This document shows, piece by piece, positions 25,500 to 39,000 of a stretch of DNA of 64,000 nucleotides (position 1 is its first letter; each line of letters starts with the position of its first letter). The stretch is from Hydrolagus affinis (lineage: Eukaryota). A model generated the notes under the pieces. That model was not told where the DNA came from. It ran no database searches and saw only the letters and a list, made by a program, of their open reading frames with translations. A program made the translations under genes and the position numbers. The stretch lies in contig JAAILG010000024.1 of assembly GCA_012026655.1 (NCBI GenBank), positions 62,001 through 126,000 of the forward strand, in the 5' to 3' direction.

Positions 25500-26050
25500 A
25501 TTTTGTGCACTTTTCTACCTTTTGGATTTTGCCTCTTCCATCTTGCCAGCAAATAAATGTCATCATCCCATTTGGATAGCTTCAATGAAGAGACTGGAAC
25601 AGAATTGGAAAACACTGAAGACTAAAGCATCATATCAACCAGATGATTGCAATTTATTCTTAAAGACTGCTTGTGTAAGCACATCAAGCAAACAAGTGGA
25701 TCTATTTTGCATCTCCAGCAGAGGGGTTGAATAATACCTGAACTCCATACTATGTAGCTTCTCAACAAACTAAAGTGACTGCATGTTTTATACTAATCAA
25801 GAATTTAGATTTGGCAGTTGTATATTTTCTTGTGGCAATATATAATGTGTTTTTACCAATTCCTTGATGTCTCTAAGGTAAGGTAAGTATCAATCAATAG
25901 TTCCAGTCAGAATGCAGTGATCTTTACACTTGCTTGATTTATTTTTATGCAGGAGCATCACCGAGCCAAAATAATAGCTTCACCATCAAATAATTATCCC
26001 TGGTCATCATTTGTAAATAACTCAAATGAGCTGTTAGGTCATCGAATAGT
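25500..26050 (+). mobile_element. Ancient non-LTR RT relic
   Basis: WKTLKTKASYQPDDCNLFLK...VDLFCISSRG (LxxLKxxKAxGPDxIxxxFLK...LFNxSxxxG), then QTKVTACF. Confidence 0.55.
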
Positions 26051-26124
26051 TTACTCTGTTGACCAGTCACTGAAATTAGAGGAAATAACTTGACGGCAAA
26101 CCCCTGTAAGAGGCTTCACTTTAC

Positions 26125-26337
26125 TTATAATACTACTTGCATTTGATTTAGCGCGTTTCACGTCATCTAGAGTCTCAAAGCACTTCACAGAAAGTGAATT
26201 GACTATATTTGTGGGCAAAATGCAGCAGCCAATTGCACACAGCAGTGTCCCACAAACAGTCATGGATTGAATTGACCAATTTATTATTAGTATTTTTGTA
26301 GGGGTTATTATCAGGCGTGTGGAGTAAAGAAACTTAT
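26125..26337 (-). mobile_element. SINE, 5'-truncated
   Basis: Family match. Confidence 0.9.
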
Positions 26338-26449
26338 AGGTTACTGACAAATAACATCTTCAATAAACATTGCATTTGTAATTTTTCAAGATTGTTTCCA
26401 AAAGCGTTTCTAATAGCAGATGTCTGTGGTGTAAATGCAAATTTTAAAA

Positions 26450-27600
26450 AATGTTAAAATGAGTCAAAATGTCAACCTGGGACAGTTGACAGACAAATTT
26501 GAAAGCACCAAGGGATTTTCATTGCTTACTTGGGTTTAAAGTAAAATCCGCTCCATCTGAGGACCTTTCAGAAACAATATTCTATGAAGCAGCTTGGATA
26601 AGTCCCATGGACTTTACAACTCTGACCACAAAAGGAATTGTTTGGATGTGGACTGTCCTGTTGGGGGCAATTGTCCAAGCAGAAGTATACTAGCTTTCAA
26701 GAGAAAACTTAATGGATATGTGCTTGTTTTGAAACAGATCCAAATCCGAGTGCTTTAACTCAAGAAGGAGATAGATTGAGGAGAGACCCTAACCTGTCCT
26801 GGAGAGTAACTTACTGAAGAAGCATTGGCAAAAGCTTGGAAGGTAAGCAGTCATTTACCAGGGATGAACTGACACATAAATGTGAAATGTTTCCCTTACT
26901 CAAAACTGGTGCGAAAACATGTTGCAGAAACACATCAGGTAAAGATTGACAATTTATTCTGATCATGTATGCTGTAATCTATATGCCTGAAGTACCACAA
27001 GCTTTGTTGGTGATAGAAGATCTCAGTTAAGTATAACAGTCATGTAACAGTGCACATTTTTCATTTAAAATGTATAAAATGACAGTTTCTATATAAACCT
27101 ATGAGGTACACATATAATTCTCAAACCAGTCACTTTTTTTTTTATCAGGTGTGCTCAATACAGCTTTCTGCAGTGGATATAAATGATCTTGTTTCAAGAA
27201 TTCAAACAATTTCTGGAAACTAGATGCTTGTCCCTGGAGGCATACAAGCCGTGTTTCAATGGTTGTATTGCTGCTCCAATAATTCCTATAAAGAGATACC
27301 ATAACTGTTCTCCCCAAAAAAATACTGTTTTTCTAAAACAGAAGATTTTATTTTCAATTCCTCGCAGACCTTAGTAAAAGATGTATGTTTTATAAATGAT
27401 TCAAAATATGGACATCATATCTAATGTTACCTTTTCAATCAAGACATTTAGGCCTGTAATTTGGAGACTATTGAAAACCCAGAAAGATAGAAGTAAAATT
27501 CCACCTGAGTCCAGATTTAAATTATTTTTATTAGCAATTCAGAGGGTCTAGTATTTTGCAAAATTCTTAAAATACAGCCCAATTTTGATTGTTTATAAAA
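26450..27600 (+). mobile_element. Ancient LINE endonuclease plus linker relic
   Basis: EDLSETIFYEAAWI, FTRDELTHKCEMF (PTR motif), SDH at ~26958-26968, KRCMFYK, KTFRPVIWRLLKTQK. Confidence 0.55.
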
Positions 27601-27603
27601 AAA

Positions 27604-27676
27604 ATCTTTAAGAACTAAATTCTTTAAGAACTCTTAAAGAACTCAAATTCTTTAAGAGCTATTCTTTAAGAACTAC
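27604..27676. repeat. Degenerate tandem repeat with tctttaagaact core (about 5 units)
   Basis: Read directly from the sequence. Confidence 0.85.
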
Positions 27677-28124
27677 AGGAAGCCGGCTTCAAAGGGAAGA
27701 CAGCGTTCATCAATTTGCCAAATTCTGGGTGCTTTGAAATGCTACTTTATTACAGTCAGTGTAGAGCAAGGTGGATTTCTACCCAAAGTGAGTCATTGTC
27801 ATTTCCTGAATACTCAAAGGCTAAACTGACGGTTACCTTCAGCGATAAATCCAGTCATAGATATTTTCTCTCCACATAAAGAAGCCTCTGGTGAAATCTC
27901 AGACAGGAAAATGAGTTTGAGTGAGTACAAATCCATCATCTTTGTCAGCTAAGATTTTCTCCTCTCTGATCTTTAACCTTTAGAAAGAAATGTACAGTAG
28001 TTAGAGTATGAATGTGGCAGGACAAGTACAATAGACTGTGGAGGTATATTTTTTAATCACTTGACATCATGCTGCTCAGGATTCTTCAAATTATTTTAAC
28101 CCCTTTTATGTCCTGCTGAGGATA

Positions 28125-28215
28125 TCTGTCTTTGTTGGCCCTCTGTTGGCCATCATTCAGAGGATTCAATTCAAGATCCTGGGTCTTCACCTTCAAAGCC
28201 CTCCATGGCCTTGTC
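28125..28215 (+). mobile_element. L2 ORF2 C-terminal fragment
   Basis: aggattcaattcaagatcctg...accttcaaagccctccatggcc encodes RIQFKIL...TFKALHG. Confidence 0.75.
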
Positions 28216-29087
28216 ATGTTCAAACCCTTGACCGCCGAATAACTATTTTTTCCGCAACCTTCAAGTCTTGGATCAATGGTTGTGCAGAAAGAGGAACAAT
28301 TTGATAAACCACGTGTACTTCCGAAGGCACTCAGGTTCATCCCATTGAAACTTGCCCTGCTTGATCAATCTGGTATCCAATGATACTGAATTGCTTGCAT
28401 TCAAATTACAGAGGCCTCAGTCCAACATGCAAGTCACCATACAGAGTATGAAATACAATGCAAGAACAATAAATTCCCTTCAGCTGGCTGCAAAAACCCT
28501 GACTCGAATTAGCGCTTGTGTCTCTTGCAACACATACTGTGCATTCTCTGCCAGCTTGACCTGGTATTCATTTGAGATTGCTACCATGCAGGAGCTGCAA
28601 GCTATTTATATAAATGACTATAGGGTCCTCCATCAACAACACAGCTTGCCCTCTCAACTATTGATTACTCTGCTATATTCAGCTGACAATTGTCGCCAGC
28701 TTCCCCAGTAGCCAATCCATCTGCTGCAAGGTGTGAGAGAATATCAGCATCTGTCCTGTGGGAATGGGATGTTCTCACACAAAACATGTGTGAACCTAAT
28801 AAACACATCATGAGAAAATACTCACCTGATACCAAGACCGCCAGCATAATACTTGTGCTGTCAAAACATTGATTTCTGTGAGGAAACACATTTTAGTTGT
28901 TGAATCATGGCTGCAAATTGAATCAGTTACATTTACACTGATGGGTTGGAATGAATTTAGCCAAAAGGTGATTGTGAGTTTTGATCTGATTCCTTAAGTA
29001 GGAATTTGTATTCCTTCTCAAAAGGCAGTTGCCTATCTTGCTATCAATAGCAACAATAATAAGATTCATCTTCGGATTTATTATTAC

Positions 29088-29450
29088 TTCCCTTCACTCT
29101 CAGGCACCTCCCTACCTCTCCGACCTCCTCACTCCCCTTTCTACAACCCAGCCCCTCCGCTCGACTGGCACCGGCCTCCTACTCATCCATCGCACCCTTC
29201 ACCCCACCATTTTCAATCACTACTCCCAGACACTCTAGAGCATTCTCCTTCATTCCCTCCATCTTGGCCCCTCTCTCCTCCTTCTCAAGTTCCGAAAACC
29301 TTCCACTTTGACTGTGTTTATGGCCCACTTCCACCACCAACACCGCCCCCCCTGGCACTCCCCATTGGCTCTGAGTCAGGCTCCACTACCCTCTGAGATG
29401 CTACCGTGCATGGAGAGCGCAATATAAGTCAAAGTTGTTCATGTTGTTGT
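29088..29450 (+). mobile_element. L2 LINE 3' region
   Basis: LHSQAPPYLSDLL...PLRS, C-rich 3' region and gttgtt tail. Confidence 0.85.
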
Positions 29451-30149
29451 GGCATAGCCTTTATTTATGAACCTCCAATTAGGCAAGAGGCAAAATGATA
29501 AAGCCACTTGTGGATGATACTTTCATGTCACAAGCCTGTCTCACAGCACTTCACAGGAATTACTGTAAAATGCAGTGATTGTGTGTTAAAAGGTGAACAT
29601 AGCAGTTAACTCGCTCAAAGCAGTGTCTCACAAACAGCCATGAAGTGATGTAATGTAGATGGGGAAGTAAATAATTACTGCAGGGCACAAAGCCATTCCA
29701 CTGGTACCAGTAATTGTATGAATCTGGCCTTATCCCTGCTGTAATGAAATTATGCTCAACTATTTCTGTATGTCCACAAACTGAACAGTAGAACTGAGCT
29801 ATTGTTCGAAATTCCTGTATTATTTATCTTGTTGATGTTGTTGTACTTATTTTGCTGATCAGCCTCTTCCCCAAATGACTGTTATGTGTGCGTGCCATCC
29901 AGCTTCAGCAATCAATTGTTTGGAAAAATCAATTATATGCAGCTTGGTGGAAGCTTTGTCATCTCTTATCCTTTCAGTGTGTTCCTGTAACCTCCGATAG
30001 TGACAATTATAGTTGGAGGGTAATTGATAATTCCAACTGGTAGGTTGAGAAAAAGTGGCACCTGAAGCAATGGCCTCAAACTACATTTTCAGAACTTGAC
30101 ATAGCTCAGTCTTGTTCCAGTTTAAGGCTGTAGAACAGTCCCGACCCCT

Positions 30150-30490
30150 GATTGTTCAGAGCCTTGGAACGATCTCCCAACGTGAAAGGCATTCTATAAA
30201 TGTAATTTTGTTGGCATTGGTGTTGTAGAATCTGTCCCTTACCTTCACTAATACATTTAATAATAGTAATTGTTGCAGTTCGTATAAATCCTTTCACGTC
30301 TCAAAGTGTTCACAGGATGCATTGCAAAGTGCATTGACTGTGTGTTTTGACTTTTCAAGCATTTCAAGTTCTCTGGGACTCTGCTCTGTATTGGAGACAC
30401 TATATAAACGCAAGGTGCTGTAGTTGTTGTTTTGCAGGTGAACACAGCAGCCAAATTACACGTAGCGATGTCCCACAGACAACTGGGAAG
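30150..30490. mobile_element. L2 tail (+, 30150-30225) and SINE 3' half (-, 30270-30490)
   Basis: Family motifs. Confidence 0.75.
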
Positions 30491-30899
30491 AAAAGTGCTC
30501 ACATGGATCCTCTTTTACTGGCACAAGTATTGAAGAAAGCAGGTCATTGTTTTGCAACACTTTACCTTGATCACAAAAATACCAGTTGTTATTGTATTTG
30601 TCAGCACTGTATCACCAGTCGATGCACTTGACGATTGAAATGCCGATACCGTTAGGTAGTTAGTTGCACATTGAAAGCCACAGAAGAGAAAGTAACCAGA
30701 GGTTCGAATAACAGCAAGAAAAAAAGCGATGCAGCCTAAGTCACATTCGTGATACATTAACCTTTCATCTCGGGGAGTGGACACTTAAGAGGCAAAAGAC
30801 CAGCTCCATCATCTGAGATACAGGATATCAACGGGTGATTTATTGAATCCAGATAGAACTAGGTTACAGAACATCCAGAACAAGACAGATGCTTCATTT

Positions 30900-31200
30900 T
30901 AAATATCCTGCACTGCAAACCAAAAGGAAAAAAATAACAAACCATGATCAGATACGTTCAACAGAGACCAAGAGAGATTGTTATTGCAAGTAACAGCCTT
31001 GATAGCATATCGGAAAAGAGTGGAAATGGTTGGAATACACCAATAATGAGCCCATCTGCTGTACCAACCATTGGCTGATTGTACACTATCAGATTTTCAG
31101 GTCTAGTTTCTTGTGCCTCAAACATATATTCTATATGTAAACACATCTTACCAGTCGCAGGTTACTGGATAAAATGTATGCAGGTTCATGTGGAAAGATA
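30900..31200 (-). mobile_element. Ancient non-LTR RT relic
   Basis: VGTADGLIIGVFQPFPLFSDM resembles GVPQGSILGPLLFxLYxND. Confidence 0.4.
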
Positions 31201-31887
31201 AACATTGTTCCTTCATTTCCAAATATGTGAAGGTTGTAAGCTCCCATTCCCACTACTGCTCTCGTCAGTCAAGTTTGCCCTTCTTAGTTTGGCAGCATTG
31301 AATGTTTGTCCACAATACAGGGTCAGCACATTGGAATGCGCCTAGTTAGCAATGTCAGTGTCTGGTGCTAATCCTTGGGGGTGTTCCTCAACACTCAGCA
31401 TATTGGATACTCTTCTGTGTTATACAGTGAACACTTTCATTTCTTCCTGAACATTTCAGATTTAATCTATTTGTCATTAACTGGTTCCAATAAGCTAATG
31501 GTGGAAATGTGGCAGTATGATATCATGTAAAACTGCCACTACCTCTACAGTTCCTGAAAGAATGTACAGTCTCTTTCTACAACTCATTTTTAACTAAGAT
31601 TTTTTCCAATCAATGAAATAGCTTACAAAACTCCTGCAGCTTGGAATGTGGCTTAATAAGTTGCTGGCAACCGTGTTCTTTAAAATCAATCGCAGTATAT
31701 TCACTTTAAAACCTTTAAGTCTTCGGCGAGGGAGCCAAAGAAAAAATGGATGGCACAGCTTTTCGTAAAAAAAACTTTGCTAGCAGCTCTCATCCATCAC
31801 CTCGATATGACCAAAATGCTATTGTTTGAAAAGATAGAGCACATGTTGTGCTGCTTTAACAATAGCTAAATTTCCTGGATTTGCATT

Positions 31888-32010
31888 TCATAGAATCATA
31901 GAATTTTACGGCACAAAAGGAGGCCATTCGGCCCATCTAGTCTGTGCCGGCTCTTTGAAAAGAGCAACTCAATCCCACTGCCCAGCTCTCTCCCCATAAC
32001 CTAATAGACC
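31888..32010 (-). mobile_element. CR1 LINE 3' end
   Basis: tcatagaatcatagaa...ggaggccattcggcccatc...gtgccggctctttgaaaagagc. Confidence 0.9.
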
Positions 32011-32024
32011 TGTTCTCCCTCTCT

Positions 32025-32401
32025 TAATAGTAATAATAATCCTTGCATTTGATAAAGCGCTTGATCACATCTCCGAGACATCTCAACGTGCTTCACAGAA
32101 TATATTATAAAGTGAATATAACTGTATATTTTGTGGAGGAAACACAGCAGCCACGCACAGCAGTGTCCCACAAACAGTTGTGGATTGAGGTGACCAATAT
32201 GTTGTTATTACTTTTTGAAGGAATTATTACTCCCAGAAAAGCGATCCGCCAATTGACTAACAACCAGGTTTCCACCTATTACTACATAAACAGTGGGTTG
32301 TGGAGAAGTACATACTTGACCAATATTTCACCCTGCTCGGAATCAAACCCAGGTCTCTCGCTTGTGAGGCGACTGCTCTAACCACTGGGCTACAGGACTC
32401 C
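32025..32401 (-). mobile_element. Full-length tRNA-derived SINE, long variant
   Basis: Head (ctctaaccactgggctacaggactcc), long internal segment, tail. Confidence 0.93.
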
Positions 32402-33755
32402 ACAATGCAAAGCTCCTTTCATGTTTCTCCATAAGATTTTGCTCACTAAAAATCCCATCAGAAAAGAATGAAATGAGAAATTCTAGGCTGCTATAGCTTT
32501 AACAACTGCATGGTTTTTTCTAATGATTTGTCATGGAGCTTCTTTCAATAGCTAACTCTCTGAAGTTTTAGCACTCTTAAATATTACATTAATATAGATT
32601 AATTTTATCAGCCCTTACAAGTCGGCTCAGCACAAAGTAACAGAAACTATGCACCATCCCCACAGCAGTTCTTCCCAAAGCATTGATTTTAAAATCTATT
32701 TAAATTCACAATACCATGATAACGTCTCCAATGTGACAGAAACTCAAACTGCGCTTGGCTGTACACGATGACATGACCCCACCACTTCTGGTTTTCGTCA
32801 GTTGCAACAAAAAAAAAGCCTCGAAAGCCATTTTTGAGTCAAAGGATCATAACTTTCCAAAGAAACTTGTTCTCGGCTTCTACAAAAGCTAAAAGAAAAA
32901 AGAAAAACTTCCAATTTGTCATCTACTCACCTCCTCCACGCGTCTTTCGGTTTCTTTTTCCTCCCCTTTAGTGGAGATCCACAGGTGCCAAGTGGCTTAC
33001 CTTGTGAGCCATGGCATGGCAGGTTACTTGCAGGAAAAGGCTGATTACAGTTGGGTCTGATTCCCATCATCACTCAATATCCACACACAGAATCATTAAA
33101 ACAGTGATCCTTGGTAGCAGTAATAATACTAATATTAATGCTTCCATTGCATATTGCGCCTTGTCATGTTGTTGAGACATCTCAAAGTGTTGCACAGAAT
33201 ATATCGTGAAGTGGATGGACTGTGGATTTTGTGGAGAATTGCAGCAATCAATTACATACAGCACTCAGGAAGCCAGAGTTCTGGATAATTGCCCTTTCCA
33301 CAACCCATTATGTGCAAATTCTCCAATGATTATGTACCAACCTTCTCATTGCTCAGGTTAACTGTGGTGTCCCAACTGAGAAAGACTAACTCATCACAGA
33401 ACTGGATTTTAAACCTGTAAACTTCTGATATGTAATGATTTCCTGCTTCACCACAGGGAGTGCTCGGCCCACTAGCTCATTAAGTGAAAAAAAACTCTAA
33501 AAACTTTTTTTTATTGTAAATAGGCAGAAAAAGAGGGGGAAAATGGAAAAGGTTGAATTTAAATGAAAAAGGGAGGATAAATAGTAGAGAGGAGAGAAAG
33601 TAGATGGAAGAGAACAGGTTTAAACTGCAATTTTAAGAAAATATAAATGGTTCTTTTTAATTTGTTTGAGAAATTCAGGGATAATACTGCAATGACAAAA
33701 GCTGCCCTGATTTTTTAAGGTTTAAGTTGCTTTATTGCTTTATTGCTTTATTGCT

Positions 33756-33825
33756 CAGCGCCTTGGGACATCCTCCCGACGTGAAAGGCGCTCTATAAAT
33801 GTAATTTTGTTTGTTGTTGTAGTAG
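33756..33825 (+). mobile_element. L2 3' terminus preceded by a (TTGCTTTA)n tandem
   Basis: Near-consensus terminal motif. Confidence 0.9.
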
Positions 33826-34964
33826 TAGGTTTTTCATTATCACAGGGCACAGAAACTTTGACCTTAAAGATAGAAGTTGCTGCCCTGCTAGTAAAGGGAT
33901 AAAGAGTTAACTTCTGCATACCCTGTAGAACACAGTGCCTTCTGATGCAACAACACTCAATAAAAATCATGGTGACAAGTTGACAGAGGCACTTCCTTAA
34001 ATCAGAGGCACAAGCTATTGCTAAACAGCTAATCAATTATTTTTTGATCTTTACAGTTCGGACTTCAGTGAGCAATAGCTGACATGAAAAATTCTTTCTA
34101 AGTTTCTGAAAAAAGGGAAAATATAAAAATACTGTAATGCCATTATACGTTTTCCCAATCATATCCTTGGAACTTTATTACATCTTTTAAATTCATTGTA
34201 ATTTCTGGAATGCGTGAAACATTTCTAAGCTGAAGCGTTTCCAAAGTAAGTAGATACAACTCTGCTGCTGAATTTCTGATCAATTTAGAGAGGACAGTAT
34301 ATTAACCTTTCATATTTTCCCATCCTTTTAAAAATTGCTTTCTTTCCTTTCTTAAATTCCTGTTCTCAACCTTGCACTGTTCATTGAATGATAAAACAGA
34401 CAGGCGCACTGTTTCCAAAGTTTCTGTCAGCCCTTCTGATGTTAAATGAAGTACCCCTGGAAAGGCCTTCTGACTTGCTTCTCTGCCTTTCTTCTAATTC
34501 ATCCACTTCCCAGTTGACTTGTTTGAGTTCAGGATCTGGAAGAGCAAAGTATCAAAGTCAATACTGTACTGTATCTGTTTCTCTATAGTGCAGGATATCT
34601 GTTCGTACTCCATTCCCTTTGCTTCCCCATTGGAGGGCAGGCCTTGGATAAGCATGTCCCTATCCCATAGAACTCCTCCAAGACGTTTCTTAGTATATCT
34701 TTTCTTACTATATCTTATTTAGCACTGTGGGACGTCCTCCTTATCTGAAAGGCTAAGACAAAATAAGACAAATAAGACAAAATAAATGTCTTTTTTTTGT
34801 TTTGTTGTTGTTGCCTTCAAACAATCCTTCCTAAAAACATATATCCTACAAACAGTACTTGCAATTAATGTCATTACATGCCTTTACATTGTCTCCATGG
34901 CCACCACTATAATTGTAAAGTACTTTGAGACTTTTTTTTACAGGTGCTAAATGTTACATAAACG

Positions 34965-35200
34965 CAATTAATGTACCAAATGCTCCGATTTCTTTACTGG
35001 GGCAAAATGAAACCTTCCAATTTTCAAGATGCAAAAGTTGACTGTCGACTTGAACGACACTATAACGTTTTCAAGCACAAGAATAAATTTTCGATTGCTA
35101 TTGAGTTTAAATTGCTATTGAGTTTAAATGTAATGAACATTAGAATCTATTGTATTCACCACATATCAGCAAAGCCAAAACATTTCATCTGAATGAATAA
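34965..35200 (+). mobile_element. Ancient non-LTR RT relic containing a 17-bp tandem duplication
   Basis: WGKMKPSNFQDAKV resembles GxxPxxWKxAKV; attgctattgagtttaa occurs twice. Confidence 0.4.
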
Positions 35201-36296
35201 GTCAAGCCTATTTTGAAAGCCACCAGCTTTTGTTTTAACGTGAAATTATTCCCAAGTGCTTGTAAGAAGCATCCACTAATCTTGGTCCACCCATTGTATT
35301 TTGCAAAATAATATACCAGTGAAACGGTGGCGTCTGACGTCGTCAATTACAAAAGCCCCAAAGACTATCTCACTGTGGTTTCTTCACTTGCAGTTTTCCC
35401 GCATGAAATGAAATTGGTCATTTATCTCAAGGCTGTTTGTGGGACGTCACTGTGCGCAAATTGTCTGCCTTGCTCGCCGACAAATACACAGTCCCTGCAC
35501 TACACAGTAAAATTCCGTGAGACATTTTGACAAGAAGGTGTTAGTTCAAGAGCAAGGAATATTATCTGAACAGAAGTTCACATTAATTCACAAATAAACA
35601 GTCACTATATTTGACTGGGATTTTGAAGCCTTGTGAAATATAAGAGTGCTATCAAGGTTTTTTTAACATAATTCCTTTTTCAAGCGCCTGGAGCTCCCTT
35701 GACAGAGACTTAAATCAAATGTTTAGTCCTTCTTCAAGGCAGTAAATACTTGGCCCATTGGAACTGCACTGTTTGCAATGTAAGACAGTCAAAAAAACAT
35801 GATGATTGTTTTTTGTGCTGCTATTTCTTAAGTCAGTCTTAATCAATATTTGTGACCTTCGGTATTGTTTATTGGTATCACCGCAGCATACGTTTGGTTA
35901 AAATATTACAGTGCAATATTGTGTGAGGCTGATAAAGCTGTTCCATATTCGGCTCACAGACCTGCATCATTCGTAAGGATTAATATAATAGGCAAATGGG
36001 GAGGAGACTCTCCACACTCACTCAGCCGCAAACTTTCATTAATCATCGAACCGCCCAGCAGATACAATCTCATAGAAACCATTGGCAAAGCAAAATAAGG
36101 TCAATAAACTGTACAATGAGGTTAAAAGCTTGAAATACATGTCAATTTCTTCCAGTTGTCACATTAGTTCTGAGGGCTGTTATGTCTGGGATACATTTGG
36201 TGTCTTTCAGAATTGATGATATCAATTAGTATTACCAGGTTTTCACTGGACCAAATCCTCCAGTAATTTTTTTTGTTTGTTTTGTTTTCTATCAAC

Positions 36297-36648
36297 CTAT
36301 AGTACATTGGTTAGAGAACTCGCTCAGCAAACAGTTTGATGCCTGGGCGGGGCAAAACCTTAGGCAACTTTCCTTACTCCATATGCCTCTGTTTATCTAA
36401 CAGTAGGTAAGAACATGGTTGTTAGTCGAATGGCAGATTGCTTTTCTGGGGATAATAGTCCCTTCAAAAGACAAAAATTAACTTTGTCACTCAATTCAAT
36501 TTATTGGACACTGCTGTGCGCAATTGGTTGCCGCATTTCGCCAACAAAATATACAGTCAATTCACTTTACAGTACAGTATATGCTTTGAAGCACTTTGAG
36601 ATGTGTCGATAAGTGATAAAGGTATTAAATCAAAGAGTTATTATTATT
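36297..36648 (+). mobile_element. tRNA-derived SINE, long variant
   Basis: Family match, more diverged than the short copies. Confidence 0.88.
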
Positions 36649-38149
36649 CAATCACTGCTGCCCCCTTGCTGTTGCACTTTTGCCCACAGATGTGGTCCCC
36701 TCACTCTTATCTATTCATCTGGCAATGCAAATGGGGTTGTTAACAATCAGCTTTTTTTCCCCCCAATTGTTTTGAATTAAAACGCATTGGGTTTTCGCTT
36801 TCTGATCAAATGGATAGTTTCCTTCTCTTCCTATTTCACATTCTTCACATGATCAGACTGTTTTCATAGGTAAGGAGTGGCGTCCTTGCGTGTTTTTTTT
36901 CATGCTGATCATTTTCATGACTTGTCAATTGCTTAATGATCTGCAATTCCCTCTGCGGGCAAACATTTGCACGTAGTGTGTGCTGTTTGCATGCATCAAC
37001 TCACATGCAGTAACATGTGCATTTACACCTGGCACGTAATAAATCCCCGAATGTTCAAGTTGCAACACTTGATGCAAGAATAACTCACCCTGTATATTTT
37101 ACTGGAACTGAAAGCACTCTACTTTGGAGAATTATAAATATGTCACCTTCATTCTCCTAACACCAGGAGACAATCTCATGAGATTTGACGGCAAGGATTT
37201 ATAGCACAAAGGTGATCCTTTTTTCCAACAGCCGTGTAAGTTACAAATGCACAAGGCTGCAGCACCACATTCGTCTTTTTGTCAGGTGTGCCATTAACCA
37301 TTGACTCTCAATACATTCCACAATGAGATGATGGGACCGAAAGTTCCTTCATCAAGAACTTCCTCAACAAATAATGTCAAAGCTTCTCTGCTCCATTCAG
37401 GATATTCATCTTCCCTCTCTTTTACAGTCCTTCCAAGAGATAGTGTCTCTACCTTTCAAGAAGAGTGGTGATGGTCTCAAACATCTCAACTTGTGTTCTC
37501 TTCTAATTTTAACTTAACTCTATTCTGATGATTAAGTGAGTGTCTGAATGTTTTGTGAGTCTTTGAGTTGCTGAAAAAACAATGTTATTGTTCCTTAACG
37601 GAGTCGGAATTGCACTGTGGCAGACATTCCAGAGGTGATTGCTATCTGTTTTTGCCTTCGTTCCTTTCCCACTGAATGCGTCATCCCACCCTTGAAGCGG
37701 TGGCCTCCTCACCTGGTCACAGGTCGATGAGCTACACTCAGCAGGAAGCTGCACAGAGGTCACGACGTGTTTAGCCCGAGTCTAAAGTGACTCGTCGCAC
37801 AAGGTCACACAAGCTTCTCTGTGACAGCACAGGCAGCTCTAAAATGTCAAATCGTTTTGTCCTTAGTTCCACATCAATACATTATATTTGCAGGATAAGA
37901 ATCATTGAACCAAATGAGTCCTCATGTCTCCAATAGGAGTGAAGTCTTTCAAAACATTTTTTTTTACTTATCTTAAGAAAAACAACTACAAAGGCAGAGA
38001 GGGTATTATCAACAGCCAATACAAACAGACCTGGGATTTTAAATTATACAGTCCAATTACTGTACATACAATTATATAATTACTTCTCGGATTCCAACAA
38101 AACATGTGTTTTTTCAAAAGCATAATTAAAAACAAACCTAGTATAACTG

Positions 38150-39000
38150 TACAATGTATCATGAGCTATGCTGAATCCACTTGATTGTCTTCTGCAAATC
38201 AAGCCTCCTATTTTGTTGCTAATCTAGAACAGTCACTGAGAACTATTAATAGCCATTTACACATAGCACAATTCTCTTTCATGCATATCTGTTTAAGGCA
38301 ATATCCAATCGATCCTCAGAAGTGTATGTCTGTGTCACAGCATGTGAGATCATTTCAAGGCTGTTGACAACTTACTCTGTTTCCCATTCTCTGGTAACCA
38401 TTTCACATTGTGTGAAATCTGCTGCTGCTCCTATTTACACCAGTGTTCATGTTCCATGTTGATCTGCAGTGCATAAATGCATCATTATTCCATCCATAAT
38501 TGTATAATTGTGGATATATCACAATACAATGTTTAATAATATCCAAATCAATATAATCAAACTTGTTGTGAGGAGAGAGACAGGTGGGGACAACAGCCAA
38601 GGAGAGGATGTTAGTTATAAGATGAAAAGCCTTTCATATTTATGGGGCACAGCCACAAAGGCACTTTCAAACAGTCTGCAATAGCAGATTTTCATCCCAT
38701 TCTTGTAATCATTTTTCACACTGAATCTACTTCATGCAGGAAACATAATCGGTTCAGACCAGGATATCTGTGCAAGTATAAATGGATAGTTTAAATTAAC
38801 TGTTGATAAAAAATATCTGCTGTTTTAGCAGTGCTGTTGTAATTTATTTCATTTGAGCTGAAGATTCTCGCACCAAACATGAGAGAGAAACAAAACTGAC
38901 TGAATGACAAAGCAAAATTCTCTTGAATGTTAAACACTTTCCTGTGGACTTTGTTTTGACAACATGAGTATTTGGAAACGTTCGACATTTCGTCAAAGGA
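38150..39000 (-). mobile_element. Ancient LINE linker/RT relic
   Basis: SKYSCCQNKVHRKV, TADIF, FDYIDLDIIKHCIVIYPQL and LDLQKT in the expected order. Confidence 0.5.

Noticed and set aside
26738-26842. Exon bounded by aaacag and gtaag
   Set aside because: Stops in all three frames, and it lies within a LINE endonuclease relic
27604-27676. CRISPR-like array
   Set aside because: Short degenerate tandem repeat without spacers, in eukaryotic DNA with no cas genes
37712-37747. 36-nt minus-strand microexon
   Set aside because: Splice dinucleotides are present, but the pyrimidine tract is weak and nothing corroborates it
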